The notes under the pieces: model-generated
Seen by the model: only the letters and a program-made list of their open reading frames with translations
The model's database searches: none
Told to the model about the DNA's origin: nothing
Part shown: piece by piece, positions 41,103 through 50,228 of the stretch
How positions within the stretch are numbered: the first letter of the stretch is position 1
Layout of the letters: every line of letters starts with the position of its first letter
Made by a program: the position numbers and the translations under genes
Assembly: GCA_040222015.1 (NCBI GenBank)
Contig: JAVJWO010000069.1
Span: 64,001 to 128,000 of the forward strand
Direction of reading: 5' to 3'
DNA from: Coleofasciculus chthonoplastes F2-STO-03
GTDB lineage: Bacteria > Cyanobacteriota > Cyanobacteriia > Cyanobacteriales > Coleofasciculaceae
Length of the DNA stretch: 64,000 nucleotides

Positions 41103-42805
41103 TTAGAAACTGTAACATAATCCCCGATCATACCTACTCATGTCTATTCAAAAATGAGTAGATATTTTAGTCGGAAACATTTTTGGCTGTCATTGTATAT
41201 AATACCCGAAGTTGCGTTGACAGGTCGAATCAATGGCTACCATCACATACTGCAAAGGACTTCCCACCCCAGCTGAGGAGTTAAACCCATTGGGTAAAAC
41301 TCAATTGGAAATGTTCCTAGCTGAATACTCATCTATATTCCATGTCTGCGTATGTGAGACAGCCAATCATCTCCTCTGGGATAATAAATTCAACAAGTCT
41401 CAATGGAATACGCATTTACAGCAGACATACGGGATAAACAAGCGCCACGCCAATGGAGTGATAGCTTTTAGCCAAGGGGCGGTGGATGCTGCGTCGGCTA
41501 ACCGTCAGCGCCACGTCAAGGTGCTAACTGCCAAATTCAAATCTTGTCAGAAGTGGATCAAAAAGACAGAACGCAAGCTAAAGAATGCTCGTAAATTTTA
41601 CCGTAGGAAAAACTGGCAAAATAGTAAAACTGGCTGTCAACTACCTCTTTCGGTGTCTATCCAATACCGGGATACTAACTGGCAGAACCTACGCTTCCAA
41701 CTGCACTACAAAAAGCGCAAGCTAAACCACTATCAATTACAGATCGAGTACCTGAAAGCGGCTCCCATTAGGGTCACTATACCCAAAGGACAAGCTTATG
41801 TGGTAGGAGCCGCAACCGAAGCCTGTGGTAATCAAAATTGCCAGTGGAATGGACAAACAATTAAAATTCGGGTTCCCTACTGTCTGGAGGATAAGTTCGG
41901 CAAGTATGTCTCATCTGAAATTGGAGATTTTCATCGGAATGTTAACCGACTGCCAGCAGAGGGCGCTAAAACCTGGCACTTCTACCGGAAGGATGGCAAA
42001 TGGTGTGTGGCGGTACAATTCACTCCAGCACCAGTCAAACAGGTATCTAGACCAATTCAGTACGGGTGTATTGGCATAGACTTGAACCCAGGTTCAATCG
42101 GTTGGGCATACATCGATCCAGAAGGCAATCTCAAGCACCATGGGCAGATATCGATCCAGATGGGTTTACCCCGTGGCAAACAAGACGCCGCCATCAGACA
42201 TATCTGTTTCCTACTTCTGGATATGGCGATTTTCTACCAATGCCCGATTGTGTGTGAGGAGTTGGACTTTTCCGGCAAGAAAAACCAACTTAGGGAGAAA
42301 GGGCGCAAGTACGCCAGAATGCTATCTGCTTGGGCATACAGCCGCTTTTTCGAGCTACTAACCGCCATCGTGTCTAATCGCGGTATAGAGTTAAGACAAG
42401 TCAATCCCGCCTACACCAGCCTAATTGGTCTGGTTAAGTATGTCCGAATGTACGGGTTAGCCAGTGATGAAGCGGCTGCTTTGGCGATTGCCCGTCGCGG
42501 TATGAGATTAGGAGAAAAATTACCAGACTCCATAACCGCCTATCTATCGGTGAACGATAGCAAGCACGTATGGAGCCAGTGGAACCAACTCAATAGTAAG
42601 CTCAAGCGCTTGATCAGAAGTAGACACGCCTACTATGGTATCTCTAACTGGGAGTTTTTGGTTGACGCTGAGCGAAGCCGAAGCGTTGACCCTCAACAGG
42701 GAAGCGGTAACGCACTAAAAACAAGCGCTTGAAGAAACTTATACCGTTGAGTTTTGCCTAGGTTTGTTTACTTGTGAGCAGATATGACTAGGTTTTTGGA
42801 AGCGG
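41103..42805 (+). mobile_element. Non-autonomous TnpB-only insertion element (IS200/IS605/IS607 superfamily); boundaries approximate
   Basis: tnpB with no tnpA; left hairpin CTACTCAT/ATGAGTAG (41134-41161); CTAGGTTT twice near the right end; GG at both putative junctions. Confidence 0.6.
41233..42732 (+). CDS. tnpB: TnpB-related RuvC nuclease
   Basis: IGIDLN (RuvC-I), IVCEELDF (RuvC-II), VNPAYTS, SDEAAA (RuvC-III); no CxxC zinc finger. Confidence 0.88.
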   Translation: MATITYCKGLPTPAEELNPLGKTQLEMFLAEYSSIFHVCVCETANHLLWDNKFNKSQWNTHLQQTYGINKRHANGVIAFSQGAVDAASANRQRHVKVLTAKFKSCQKWIKKTERKLKNARKFYRRKNWQNSKTGCQLPLSVSIQYRDTNWQNLRFQLHYKKRKLNHYQLQIEYLKAAPIRVTIPKGQAYVVGAATEACGNQNCQWNGQTIKIRVPYCLEDKFGKYVSSEIGDFHRNVNRLPAEGAKTWHFYRKDGKWCVAVQFTPAPVKQVSRPIQYGCIGIDLNPGSIGWAYIDPEGNLKHHGQISIQMGLPRGKQDAAIRHICFLLLDMAIFYQCPIVCEELDFSGKKNQLREKGRKYARMLSAWAYSRFFELLTAIVSNRGIELRQVNPAYTSLIGLVKYVRMYGLASDEAAALAIARRGMRLGEKLPDSITAYLSVNDSKHVWSQWNQLNSKLKRLIRSRHAYYGISNWEFLVDAERSRSVDPQQGSGNALKTSA

Positions 42806-42953
42806 TGAGATATGGGTGTCAACTTAAGGTGAAAGCTGGGGAAGCAGGGGAAGCTGGGGAAGCTGGGGAAGCGTCACCATAAATACAGCGCTTTTCAAGT
42901 AAGTGAGGTACACAGACAGATCCCCGACTTCTCGGAGAAGTCGGGGATCTTGC

Positions 42954-43412
42954 ACGCCGCTAACCACGATTCTCTCCTCTAGTGAAATGTTAGAACGGTA
43001 TAGCGATCGCCTGAGTCCAGAACGCAAAACCGTACATTTTCAGAAAATTAGCCAATCTGTAGGCTATATGACCCAATTATTGGAAGATATTTTAATCTAT
43101 AGCAAAGCCGACGCCCTGAAATACTCACCCAACGGTGATCCCGTAGACTTTGAACTGAATCGTGAGGAGAATCAAGCTATAATTATTATTCGCGATCGCG
43201 GCATCGGTATTCCCCCAAACGACCAAGTTCATTTATTTGAACCCTTTCATCGTACCCAGAATACAGGTACAATCAACGGGACAGGACTAGGACTCGCGAT
43301 CGTCAAAAAAGCCGTGGATTTGCATCAAGGCAAAATTTCTGTCCAAAGTAAGATTGATATTGGCACAACATTTACCGTCAAATTGCCACTCCTGAATGTA
43401 AAAAAATTCTAG
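42954..43412 (+). pseudogene. Histidine kinase remnant
   Basis: Starts just after the His box (TPLTTILSS) and joins HisKA directly to the N box (SKAD|ALKYS); the 5' end is replaced by a palindrome at about 42919-42949. Confidence 0.8.
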
Positions 43413-43780
43413 TCGGGACACGACTTGTCGTGTCCCGACTAAAGGTGATATAACCGTTGTGAAATCATCAAAAAAACGTCACTCGCCCTCTAGTCGGAAG
43501 AATCTGATCCTAAAAACTACTATAGTAAAGTGCAAGCTATATAAGCTATAGAAATTTTAAATTCTACTGTTTTATAGAACGCAATCATTTATAAAATGCT
43601 GCATTAACTATAAATAAATCTGAATAGGCTAAACACCCCTGATGTAATGGAGATAACCATGAATCCTAACCAATCCGCAAAAAAAAACTAAATATATCCT
43701 CCGATACCTTAACCGAAGCGATTAACGAGCATATTCAAAACGCCCAAGAACGTTTAGCCCAGACAGAACCTGAGGTTAGC

Positions 43781-45025
43781 ATGTCAGCCGATGAATGCTC
43801 AATTAAGCTAGCCGAAACCGTTACCGAACTATCCACCACCCTCGAAGAACTACAAGTCGCCGTCGAAGAAATCCAAGAACGGAATCAGGAACTCGCAGCG
43901 GCGCATCAAGCCACAGAAGACGAACGCCGAAAGTATCAAGAGTTATTTGAATTCGCCCCAGACGGCTATTTCATCACCGACGCATCCGGTATAATCCAAG
44001 ACGCCAACCAAGCCGCCGCCACCCTGCTGAATATAGAAAAACGGCGTCTAATCGACAAACCCCTAGCTGTGTTTATTGCTGATACAAGCAAACGCACCTT
44101 TCTCAGTCAACTCAACCAACTCACCCACCTCTCCTCCCCCGACTTTCCCACCACCCTACTGTACCGAGACTGGGAACTATCCCTGCAACCGCGCCAGAGT
44201 GAACCATTCCCGGTGGAGATTTCCATCTCAGCCATACTCAACCCCCAATCAGAAATCGTGGGATTGCGCTGGTTAATTCGGGACATGACCTATCGCCATC
44301 AAGCCGAAAGCCTACGCCAACAACTAGAAGCCGAAAAAGAATTCAGCGAACTCAAATCCCGCTTCATCCAAACCGTCTCCCACGAATTCCGCACCCCCCT
44401 GAACATGATTTACGTCTCCGCCCAACTCCTCGCCCGTTCTCACGACGGCTTAAGCGAAGAAAAATGCAATCAATTACTCCAACGAACCGATAAAGCCGTG
44501 CGGCGGATTACAAAAATACTCGATGACGTTCTCGTCTTCAGCCAAGCCAGCGCCGACAAACTGGAACTCAACCCCACATTACTCGACTTAGAACAATTCT
44601 GCCAAACCATCGTCGAAGACTATCAAATCATCGCCGGTAGCAGCAAAACCCTACAACTCAACGCCCCCGGAACCAACCACAGCGTTTGCCTCGACGAGAA
44701 ACTCCTCTATCAAATACTTGGCAACCTCTTATCCAACGCCATCAACTATTCCCAACCAAACAGCACCATAACCCTAACCCTAACCTATCCAGACCATACA
44801 GTATGCTTTCAGATCCAAGATCAAGGAATCGGCATACCAAGAGAAGACATCCCCCGACTCTTTGACCCCTTCCACCGGGCGAGAAATGTCAGCAACCTAC
44901 CCGGAACTGGGCTCGGACTATCCATCGTCCAAAAAGCCATCGAACTCCACGGCGGAACCATCAACGTCCACAGTGAAGTCGATATCGGCACCACCTTCAC
45001 CGTCACCCTACCCTTAGATTTGTAG
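43781..45025 (+). CDS. PAS-domain sensor histidine kinase
   Basis: Coiled coil, PAS, SHEFRTPL, NLLSNAINYS, DQGIGIP and GTGLGL motifs. Confidence 0.93.
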   Translation: MSADECSIKLAETVTELSTTLEELQVAVEEIQERNQELAAAHQATEDERRKYQELFEFAPDGYFITDASGIIQDANQAAATLLNIEKRRLIDKPLAVFIADTSKRTFLSQLNQLTHLSSPDFPTTLLYRDWELSLQPRQSEPFPVEISISAILNPQSEIVGLRWLIRDMTYRHQAESLRQQLEAEKEFSELKSRFIQTVSHEFRTPLNMIYVSAQLLARSHDGLSEEKCNQLLQRTDKAVRRITKILDDVLVFSQASADKLELNPTLLDLEQFCQTIVEDYQIIAGSSKTLQLNAPGTNHSVCLDEKLLYQILGNLLSNAINYSQPNSTITLTLTYPDHTVCFQIQDQGIGIPREDIPRLFDPFHRARNVSNLPGTGLGLSIVQKAIELHGGTINVHSEVDIGTTFTVTLPLDL

Positions 45026-45102
45026 TTCGTAGTTTGGGAACTTTAGCCCATCAACGCAACGCCGAACATACCAACGTAAAACATACATTCAACCTTAACC
45101 AA

Positions 45103-45234
45103 GGGCGGGTTTTGCCACAAACAGTATCAGCAAAATTTCCAATTCAATCCCTAAACCCGCCCCTACAATTTACCCGGTTTACCCACAAACAGTATCAGCA
45201 AAATTACCAATTCAATCCCTAAACCCGCCCCTAC
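45103..45234. repeat. Two degenerate GTAG-REP units between convergent genes
   Basis: CACAAACAGTATCAGCAAAATT..CAATTCAATCCCTAAACCCGCCCCTAC occurs twice. Confidence 0.85.
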
Positions 45235-46259
45235 AATTCACCCTGCTTACCCATCACCCGTTGCACACTCACCAACGCCCGATTCAACTCATACCCCTTC
45301 CCTTCCGGATGCGCCAAATACGCCAACTGTTCCTCCTCAATCATCTGCACATCCTGACGCACCAACCCATCCAACAATCCCTGCGCCGAACCAAACAAAG
45401 TATCCTTAATCAACCGCCGAAACCAAATCGGTAACTTATGCAATCGCCAAAAGGCATTCAGCGACGTAAAATGAACCAAATAAGCGCGAGTTTTCCTTAA
45501 ATTCACCGGACACAATAAACAATAAATCCTAAAATCCTGCCCCAAACTCGATACCCAATGGGGATACACATAACTCACATCCAACGGTTCCGGATGCAAA
45601 CGCCGCAGCGCCGGAAAAAACAACTGAGAAATCGACCAAATCTGATCAATTTTATAATAACTCTGCGCCTGATAATGAGCATCCACCCGATACTCATCTT
45701 CATCGATATCCATCAAAACCGGATCAGCCCAGGCTTGCCAATCCTGATGCAAATGCCCATGATACATATCCATTAAATTCTCAATTAGAAACGAATAATG
45801 GGCATTACAGTCAATCCGAGAAACCGTGGCAATATAATTCAGATGATCCCACTCCGGGAGTCCCATCGGTTGTTGAATGTCCCCATTCCTCTCCCCTGGA
45901 AACAGCCAAATAAACCCATCCTTTTCCCGCACCGGATAAGCACGAATCGTACAACTCGGCAGTTTTTGATTCTCGGCTAAATAGGGAACAAAAACACAAT
46001 TTCCAGTTGACTTAAACTGCCATCCGTGATAAGCGCATTCCAATAAATCCCCCTTAACTTGACCATGACTTAACTGCACCTGGCGATGGGGGCAACGGTT
46101 TTCTAAGGCATGAATTTCACCCGTACTATCGCGATAAATAACAATGTTTTGATGCCAAAGGGTTACGCCGATGGGTTGAGTTTTAACCTCATCGCTACGG
46201 GCGACGACATACCAATGGTTAAGATTAATTCCAAGTTGGCGAACGTCTAAATTGGTCAT
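45231..46259 (-). CDS. Rieske non-heme iron oxygenase, probable CruH-like carotenoid chi-ring hydroxylase
   Basis: CPH...CAYH Rieske motif, ENLMDMYHGHLH iron site; close to a cruE-like gene. Confidence 0.75.
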   Translation of the reverse strand: MTNLDVRQLGINLNHWYVVARSDEVKTQPIGVTLWHQNIVIYRDSTGEIHALENRCPHRQVQLSHGQVKGDLLECAYHGWQFKSTGNCVFVPYLAENQKLPSCTIRAYPVREKDGFIWLFPGERNGDIQQPMGLPEWDHLNYIATVSRIDCNAHYSFLIENLMDMYHGHLHQDWQAWADPVLMDIDEDEYRVDAHYQAQSYYKIDQIWSISQLFFPALRRLHPEPLDVSYVYPHWVSSLGQDFRIYCLLCPVNLRKTRAYLVHFTSLNAFWRLHKLPIWFRRLIKDTLFGSAQGLLDGLVRQDVQMIEEEQLAYLAHPEGKGYELNRALVSVQRVMGKQGEL

Positions 46260-46421
46260 AATTAGTCATAATTCAATTATAGTTATAATGTAATTGTAGG
46301 GGTAGGTTTATCCATTGTAGGGGCGGGTTTAGGAATTCAACTCAGCTATCACTGAAATAACTGAACAGCAAAACCCGCCCTATCTCACTTTTGTTGTACA
46401 GGGGAGAAAGGGGGGTTATTT

Positions 46422-46940
46422 TCATAATATTGTGTCCCGATCAAAATCCGTTAACGCATGAGAACCAAGGGGACATAATATACCCGTGGAAGCAAACGTC
46501 GGCGCTGTCGGAATCACAGGCGGAGACGTGGAAGGCAAATTCGTTTCACAAATCCCTCCAATCCCCTTAATAATCTCACCCGACGATACCACAAAAGCCG
46601 CCCCCGCATAACTTTTTAGTCTCGGATCTTTTGCTTGGGCAATCATAATCATACCCTGACGCGGATTCTTTGCAGGTAGCATCAAATAGCGATAAGTCTC
46701 CGTCTCCTGTAATCCCGCCAAATTTAACTCAGTTAAACTTGGGGCAAACTGAGAATACTCCAGAAAATAATTCAATTGCGCCAGATTTACGGCATTTAAA
46801 TACTCTTGCACCTCCCCTTGCAGCGCCAAGGCTACGGCTGTCTGGGGAATGTAGGGAGGCGATTCCTGCGCCTGTACCGTTGATGAGATTCCTGCGAATA
46901 AAGTAATCAGTCCTAATTTCGCGATCGCACCTTTAATCAT
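46422..46940 (-). CDS. Type IV pilin-like G/H family secreted protein
   Basis: Signal peptide; N.AQ..YFLE..F, ET..Y.Y and LKSYAGA...ICET motifs. Confidence 0.75.
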   Translation of the reverse strand: MIKGAIAKLGLITLFAGISSTVQAQESPPYIPQTAVALALQGEVQEYLNAVNLAQLNYFLEYSQFAPSLTELNLAGLQETETYRYLMLPAKNPRQGMIMIAQAKDPRLKSYAGAAFVVSSGEIIKGIGGICETNLPSTSPPVIPTAPTFASTGILCPLGSHALTDFDRDTIL

Positions 46941-47110
46941 AGCTTGTTCCTCTCCATTGGCGATAGGGGATTGGGTTTAGGAAAGTTCGGGCGGGTTTTG
47001 TTGATATGTTATCGGTAATATTCACGATTGAATCCCTAAACCCGCCCCTACAATTATCTGTACTGTTGGCGAGATTCCTGTTTAAGGCTGGTGGTGTATC
47101 AAGGGTTTCT

Positions 47111-47172
47111 GACGAATGACGAATGACAAATGACGAATGACAAATGACGAATGACGAATGACGAATAACAAA
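47111..47172 (+). repeat. STRR2-like heptamer array
   Basis: TGACGAA/TGACAAA tandem. Confidence 0.9.
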
Positions 47173-49134
47173 TCATATCGAAAAAATCCCTTCTGGATTC
47201 ACCGATAATAGCGATCGCTGTTGCAATCCTTCCCGGTGTATAATCCCATTAGCCGCCAGGAAGCCACTACTTACCGCCCGTTCCATTAACCCACAGGGAA
47301 AAGGCATTTTTACCCAGTCTCCAGCAAAAAATAGATTCGCCACTCCCGAATCAGTTTCTGGGCGTTCCTGATAACTCCCTGGGGGATAACCGGAGAAGTT
47401 TTTCTGATTCACTAACTCCTGATGTAACATCGTCGCCGTTTGTAATTCGGGGACAATTTCATAGAGTTCCTGTGCAAACGTGGTTAATAAAACCTGCTGA
47501 TTGGGAAACTCGTCTTCTTTATAACAGTAAGCGTGTAACTCTACCACACTTCCCCCCGTCTTTTCATGCCACTGAATATAATCATCTTGGATGCGATGAT
47601 ACAAAGTAATACTATCGGTGAGACGATAGCCAGATAGGGAGGTAAAATTACTATGTTGCCAAGCAAAATCTCGATCAAACCAAAATCGGGCAACGGCAAA
47701 AGGATCAGCTACGGCTAATTGTTCCACCTGCATAAATACCTGGGGATTCACCTCCCCTTCTGCCAACTTAAACAAATGTTGTACACCCGGAACATCAGTG
47801 GCAAAGACATAATAATCTGCTTGAATCGTTTCCGTAGCTACCGGGGGCGACTCTGAACTAGAAATTCCCATCAGTTGCACCTCATCCTCCTGGCGTTGCA
47901 TCAGGTTAAATCGAGGTAAATCCCGTTTCGCCGGACCCGCAATCACTTTACCTTCAGAATTATAAACCGCCCCATGACAGGGACAAAGAAACTGACCATC
48001 CCCTTGGCGTTGTACGGTACAGCCTTGATGAGTACAAGTTAGAGAAATCGCTTGATTCTCCTCTGGAAACAGGGCAAACATAGCATCCCCAGCCCCGTAA
48101 TAGTCCACAGTCTGATCAGATTCATTGGTGTCCATCCTGTGATTCCGCTTCACCCAAAATGGCACCGAGGGTTGAGTATTTCCCTGTTGATAGCGAATCG
48201 AATGAATCTGCCCATCTTGCCACTGAATCTGACTCACCGTGGCTTCCGTAACAATTTTTCCCTGTTGATTTTGAATCGCCTGGGCAATCGGTTCCACCAA
48301 ACTTCTACCCATATCCTGGCGCGTCCCATTAAACGCCAATCCCTCCGGATTCCCAAAAAAATAAAAGTGGAAAAACTGCATTAATTCGCCCACACTCAAC
48401 AGATCCGGCGCATTCAGACTGGATTTAGCAAAGGGTAAAAAATACAGATCATAAAGTCCTTGGGGAAACTCACCTTTTACCCAATCGGCAACCGATAACT
48501 GATCCAAACGCTGGAAACTATCGGGAATTTGGAAACCGCCAATTTCCCGAAACACCTGCCAATGTTTCAGCTTCGTCAAATTAATCCCCCAACGCCAGCG
48601 ATTTGAAGACGCGATCGCTAAATCTACCACATTCCAGGGAAAAGCAGAACGACTGGGGCGAAAGACTTCTGGCTGATACTGATTATCCCGAAAAACCACC
48701 GAGTAAAATTCCAGGGAACGGAAGTGATCCTGAATCTCCAACTCAGCCACCAACCGATTCAAATTATAATACTGAGGGAAAAAGCCATGGAACCCATGTT
48801 CCATCCGCAGCGAGTGATCGCCCACCTGAATTTGCCAACTGGCAATCTTACCACCCAATTGAGGCGATCGCTCTAATAAGGTGACATCAAAACCCCGTTG
48901 ACTCAACTCATAGGCACAACTAAGCCCCGCCAATCCCGCACCCACAACCACTACAGATTTCGGCTGAGTCAGGGTTCGGGGTAAATCCAGGGTATCCGGC
49001 TGAATCACCGTCGGTTGCGGTTTCGCCCAGCGAGAATATCCGATCACACTACCCACCCCAGCGACGCCGATAAGTTTCAAGGCGGTGCGTCGGGAAAGGA
49101 AAAGAGAAGTTAATTTTGATTTGTCATTCGTCAT
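47173..49134 (-). CDS. FAD-dependent carotenoid desaturase/methyltransferase with Rieske insert (CruE/CrtU family)
   Basis: GAGLAGL, MEHGFHGFF, CTHQGC...CPCHG and GLMERAVSSG motifs; SRR-containing N-terminus. Confidence 0.8.
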   Translation of the reverse strand: MTNDKSKLTSLFLSRRTALKLIGVAGVGSVIGYSRWAKPQPTVIQPDTLDLPRTLTQPKSVVVVGAGLAGLSCAYELSQRGFDVTLLERSPQLGGKIASWQIQVGDHSLRMEHGFHGFFPQYYNLNRLVAELEIQDHFRSLEFYSVVFRDNQYQPEVFRPSRSAFPWNVVDLAIASSNRWRWGINLTKLKHWQVFREIGGFQIPDSFQRLDQLSVADWVKGEFPQGLYDLYFLPFAKSSLNAPDLLSVGELMQFFHFYFFGNPEGLAFNGTRQDMGRSLVEPIAQAIQNQQGKIVTEATVSQIQWQDGQIHSIRYQQGNTQPSVPFWVKRNHRMDTNESDQTVDYYGAGDAMFALFPEENQAISLTCTHQGCTVQRQGDGQFLCPCHGAVYNSEGKVIAGPAKRDLPRFNLMQRQEDEVQLMGISSSESPPVATETIQADYYVFATDVPGVQHLFKLAEGEVNPQVFMQVEQLAVADPFAVARFWFDRDFAWQHSNFTSLSGYRLTDSITLYHRIQDDYIQWHEKTGGSVVELHAYCYKEDEFPNQQVLLTTFAQELYEIVPELQTATMLHQELVNQKNFSGYPPGSYQERPETDSGVANLFFAGDWVKMPFPCGLMERAVSSGFLAANGIIHREGLQQRSLLSVNPEGIFSI

Positions 49135-49235
49135 TGTTTAGGGAACAGGGAACAGGGAACAGGGGGCGGGCGCGAGTTGCATCTGGGTGAGGCAAGAAAC
49201 AATAATAGTGAAACCCGCCCCTACAGAAAATTCAA

Positions 49236-50009
49236 ATGAATTATTGGCATGAAACAGTCGCTGTAGCCCAGCGCATTTTAATTGAACTGGGGCGCAGACG
49301 CCGCAGTTTGGTGTTTTGGGGAATTTTCCCCATTTCAGTATTATTACTCAACGGTTATATTTTGGCAGAACGCGCCCAATTGTCGATGGCGCAAGCCTTT
49401 GAAAATGCCGCCCCTTCGACGTTGGCAGGTGCTGCCCTGTTTTTTAGCTGTCTGGGGGGTACGGTAGCGACGGTGGTGGGAGAACGGGAACAGCAAACCC
49501 TAAAACGTCTGTTCATCTCTCCGTTAAGTGGCATATCCTATTTTTTAGGTATCTTTTGCGCCCATAGCGCCATTGCTGGGGTTCAAGCGGTTTTGGTTTA
49601 TGCGATCGCAGCATGTTGGGGTGCTAAATTTCAAGGGTCTCTAGTTTTAGGCATCTTGATTATTCTACTGAGTATTATGGCGTATGTGGGAGTGGGATTC
49701 ATCCTCGGTACCCAGTTTGCCCGTCGCACGGAGGATGTAAACGCCTTGGTTGCGGCGTTTGGTGTACCTTTGTTAATTTTAGGGGGCGCATTTTTACCCA
49801 CCTCCTTGTTCCCGGAAACCTTGCTAGACATCGCCCAATTTAACCCGATTTACCACATCAACGAAGCGCTGCTGGCTGTGTGGGCAAATGGCGCAGGATT
49901 GGCGGATATTCGGGAACATTTTGGGTTTTTGGCGGTGTTTGCCTTAATTATGGTGGTAGCCGGATGGTTATCTTATCAGCGGATGCTGAGAGTTGAGCGA
50001 AGGTTATGA
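49236..50009 (+). CDS. ABC-2 permease
   Basis: Six TM segments, EREQQTLKRL..SP, FNPIYH. Confidence 0.9.
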   Translation: MNYWHETVAVAQRILIELGRRRRSLVFWGIFPISVLLLNGYILAERAQLSMAQAFENAAPSTLAGAALFFSCLGGTVATVVGEREQQTLKRLFISPLSGISYFLGIFCAHSAIAGVQAVLVYAIAACWGAKFQGSLVLGILIILLSIMAYVGVGFILGTQFARRTEDVNALVAAFGVPLLILGGAFLPTSLFPETLLDIAQFNPIYHINEALLAVWANGAGLADIREHFGFLAVFALIMVVAGWLSYQRMLRVERRL

Positions 50010-50228
50010 TACAAGATAATAATTCTTCGTAGGGGCGCACAGACGTGCATCCGTGTCAACTTAAGCCCTCACCCCCAGCCCCTCTTCCACCAGGGTAGAG
50101 GGGAGTAGGTTTGTAGTGAGGGCTTTAGCCTTTGACAATTTTGGCAACCTCCCATTTGGGATTTTTGAACTTTCAATTAGTCCGTGTCAGAAACTCATAA
50201 AATTGTCCTATTTTATGTATTAGTCATT

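Noticed and set aside
41233..42900. Type V CRISPR effector (Cas12-like)
   Set aside because: No adjacent repeat-spacer array; the downstream GCTGGGGAA 9-mers are simple tandem repeats.
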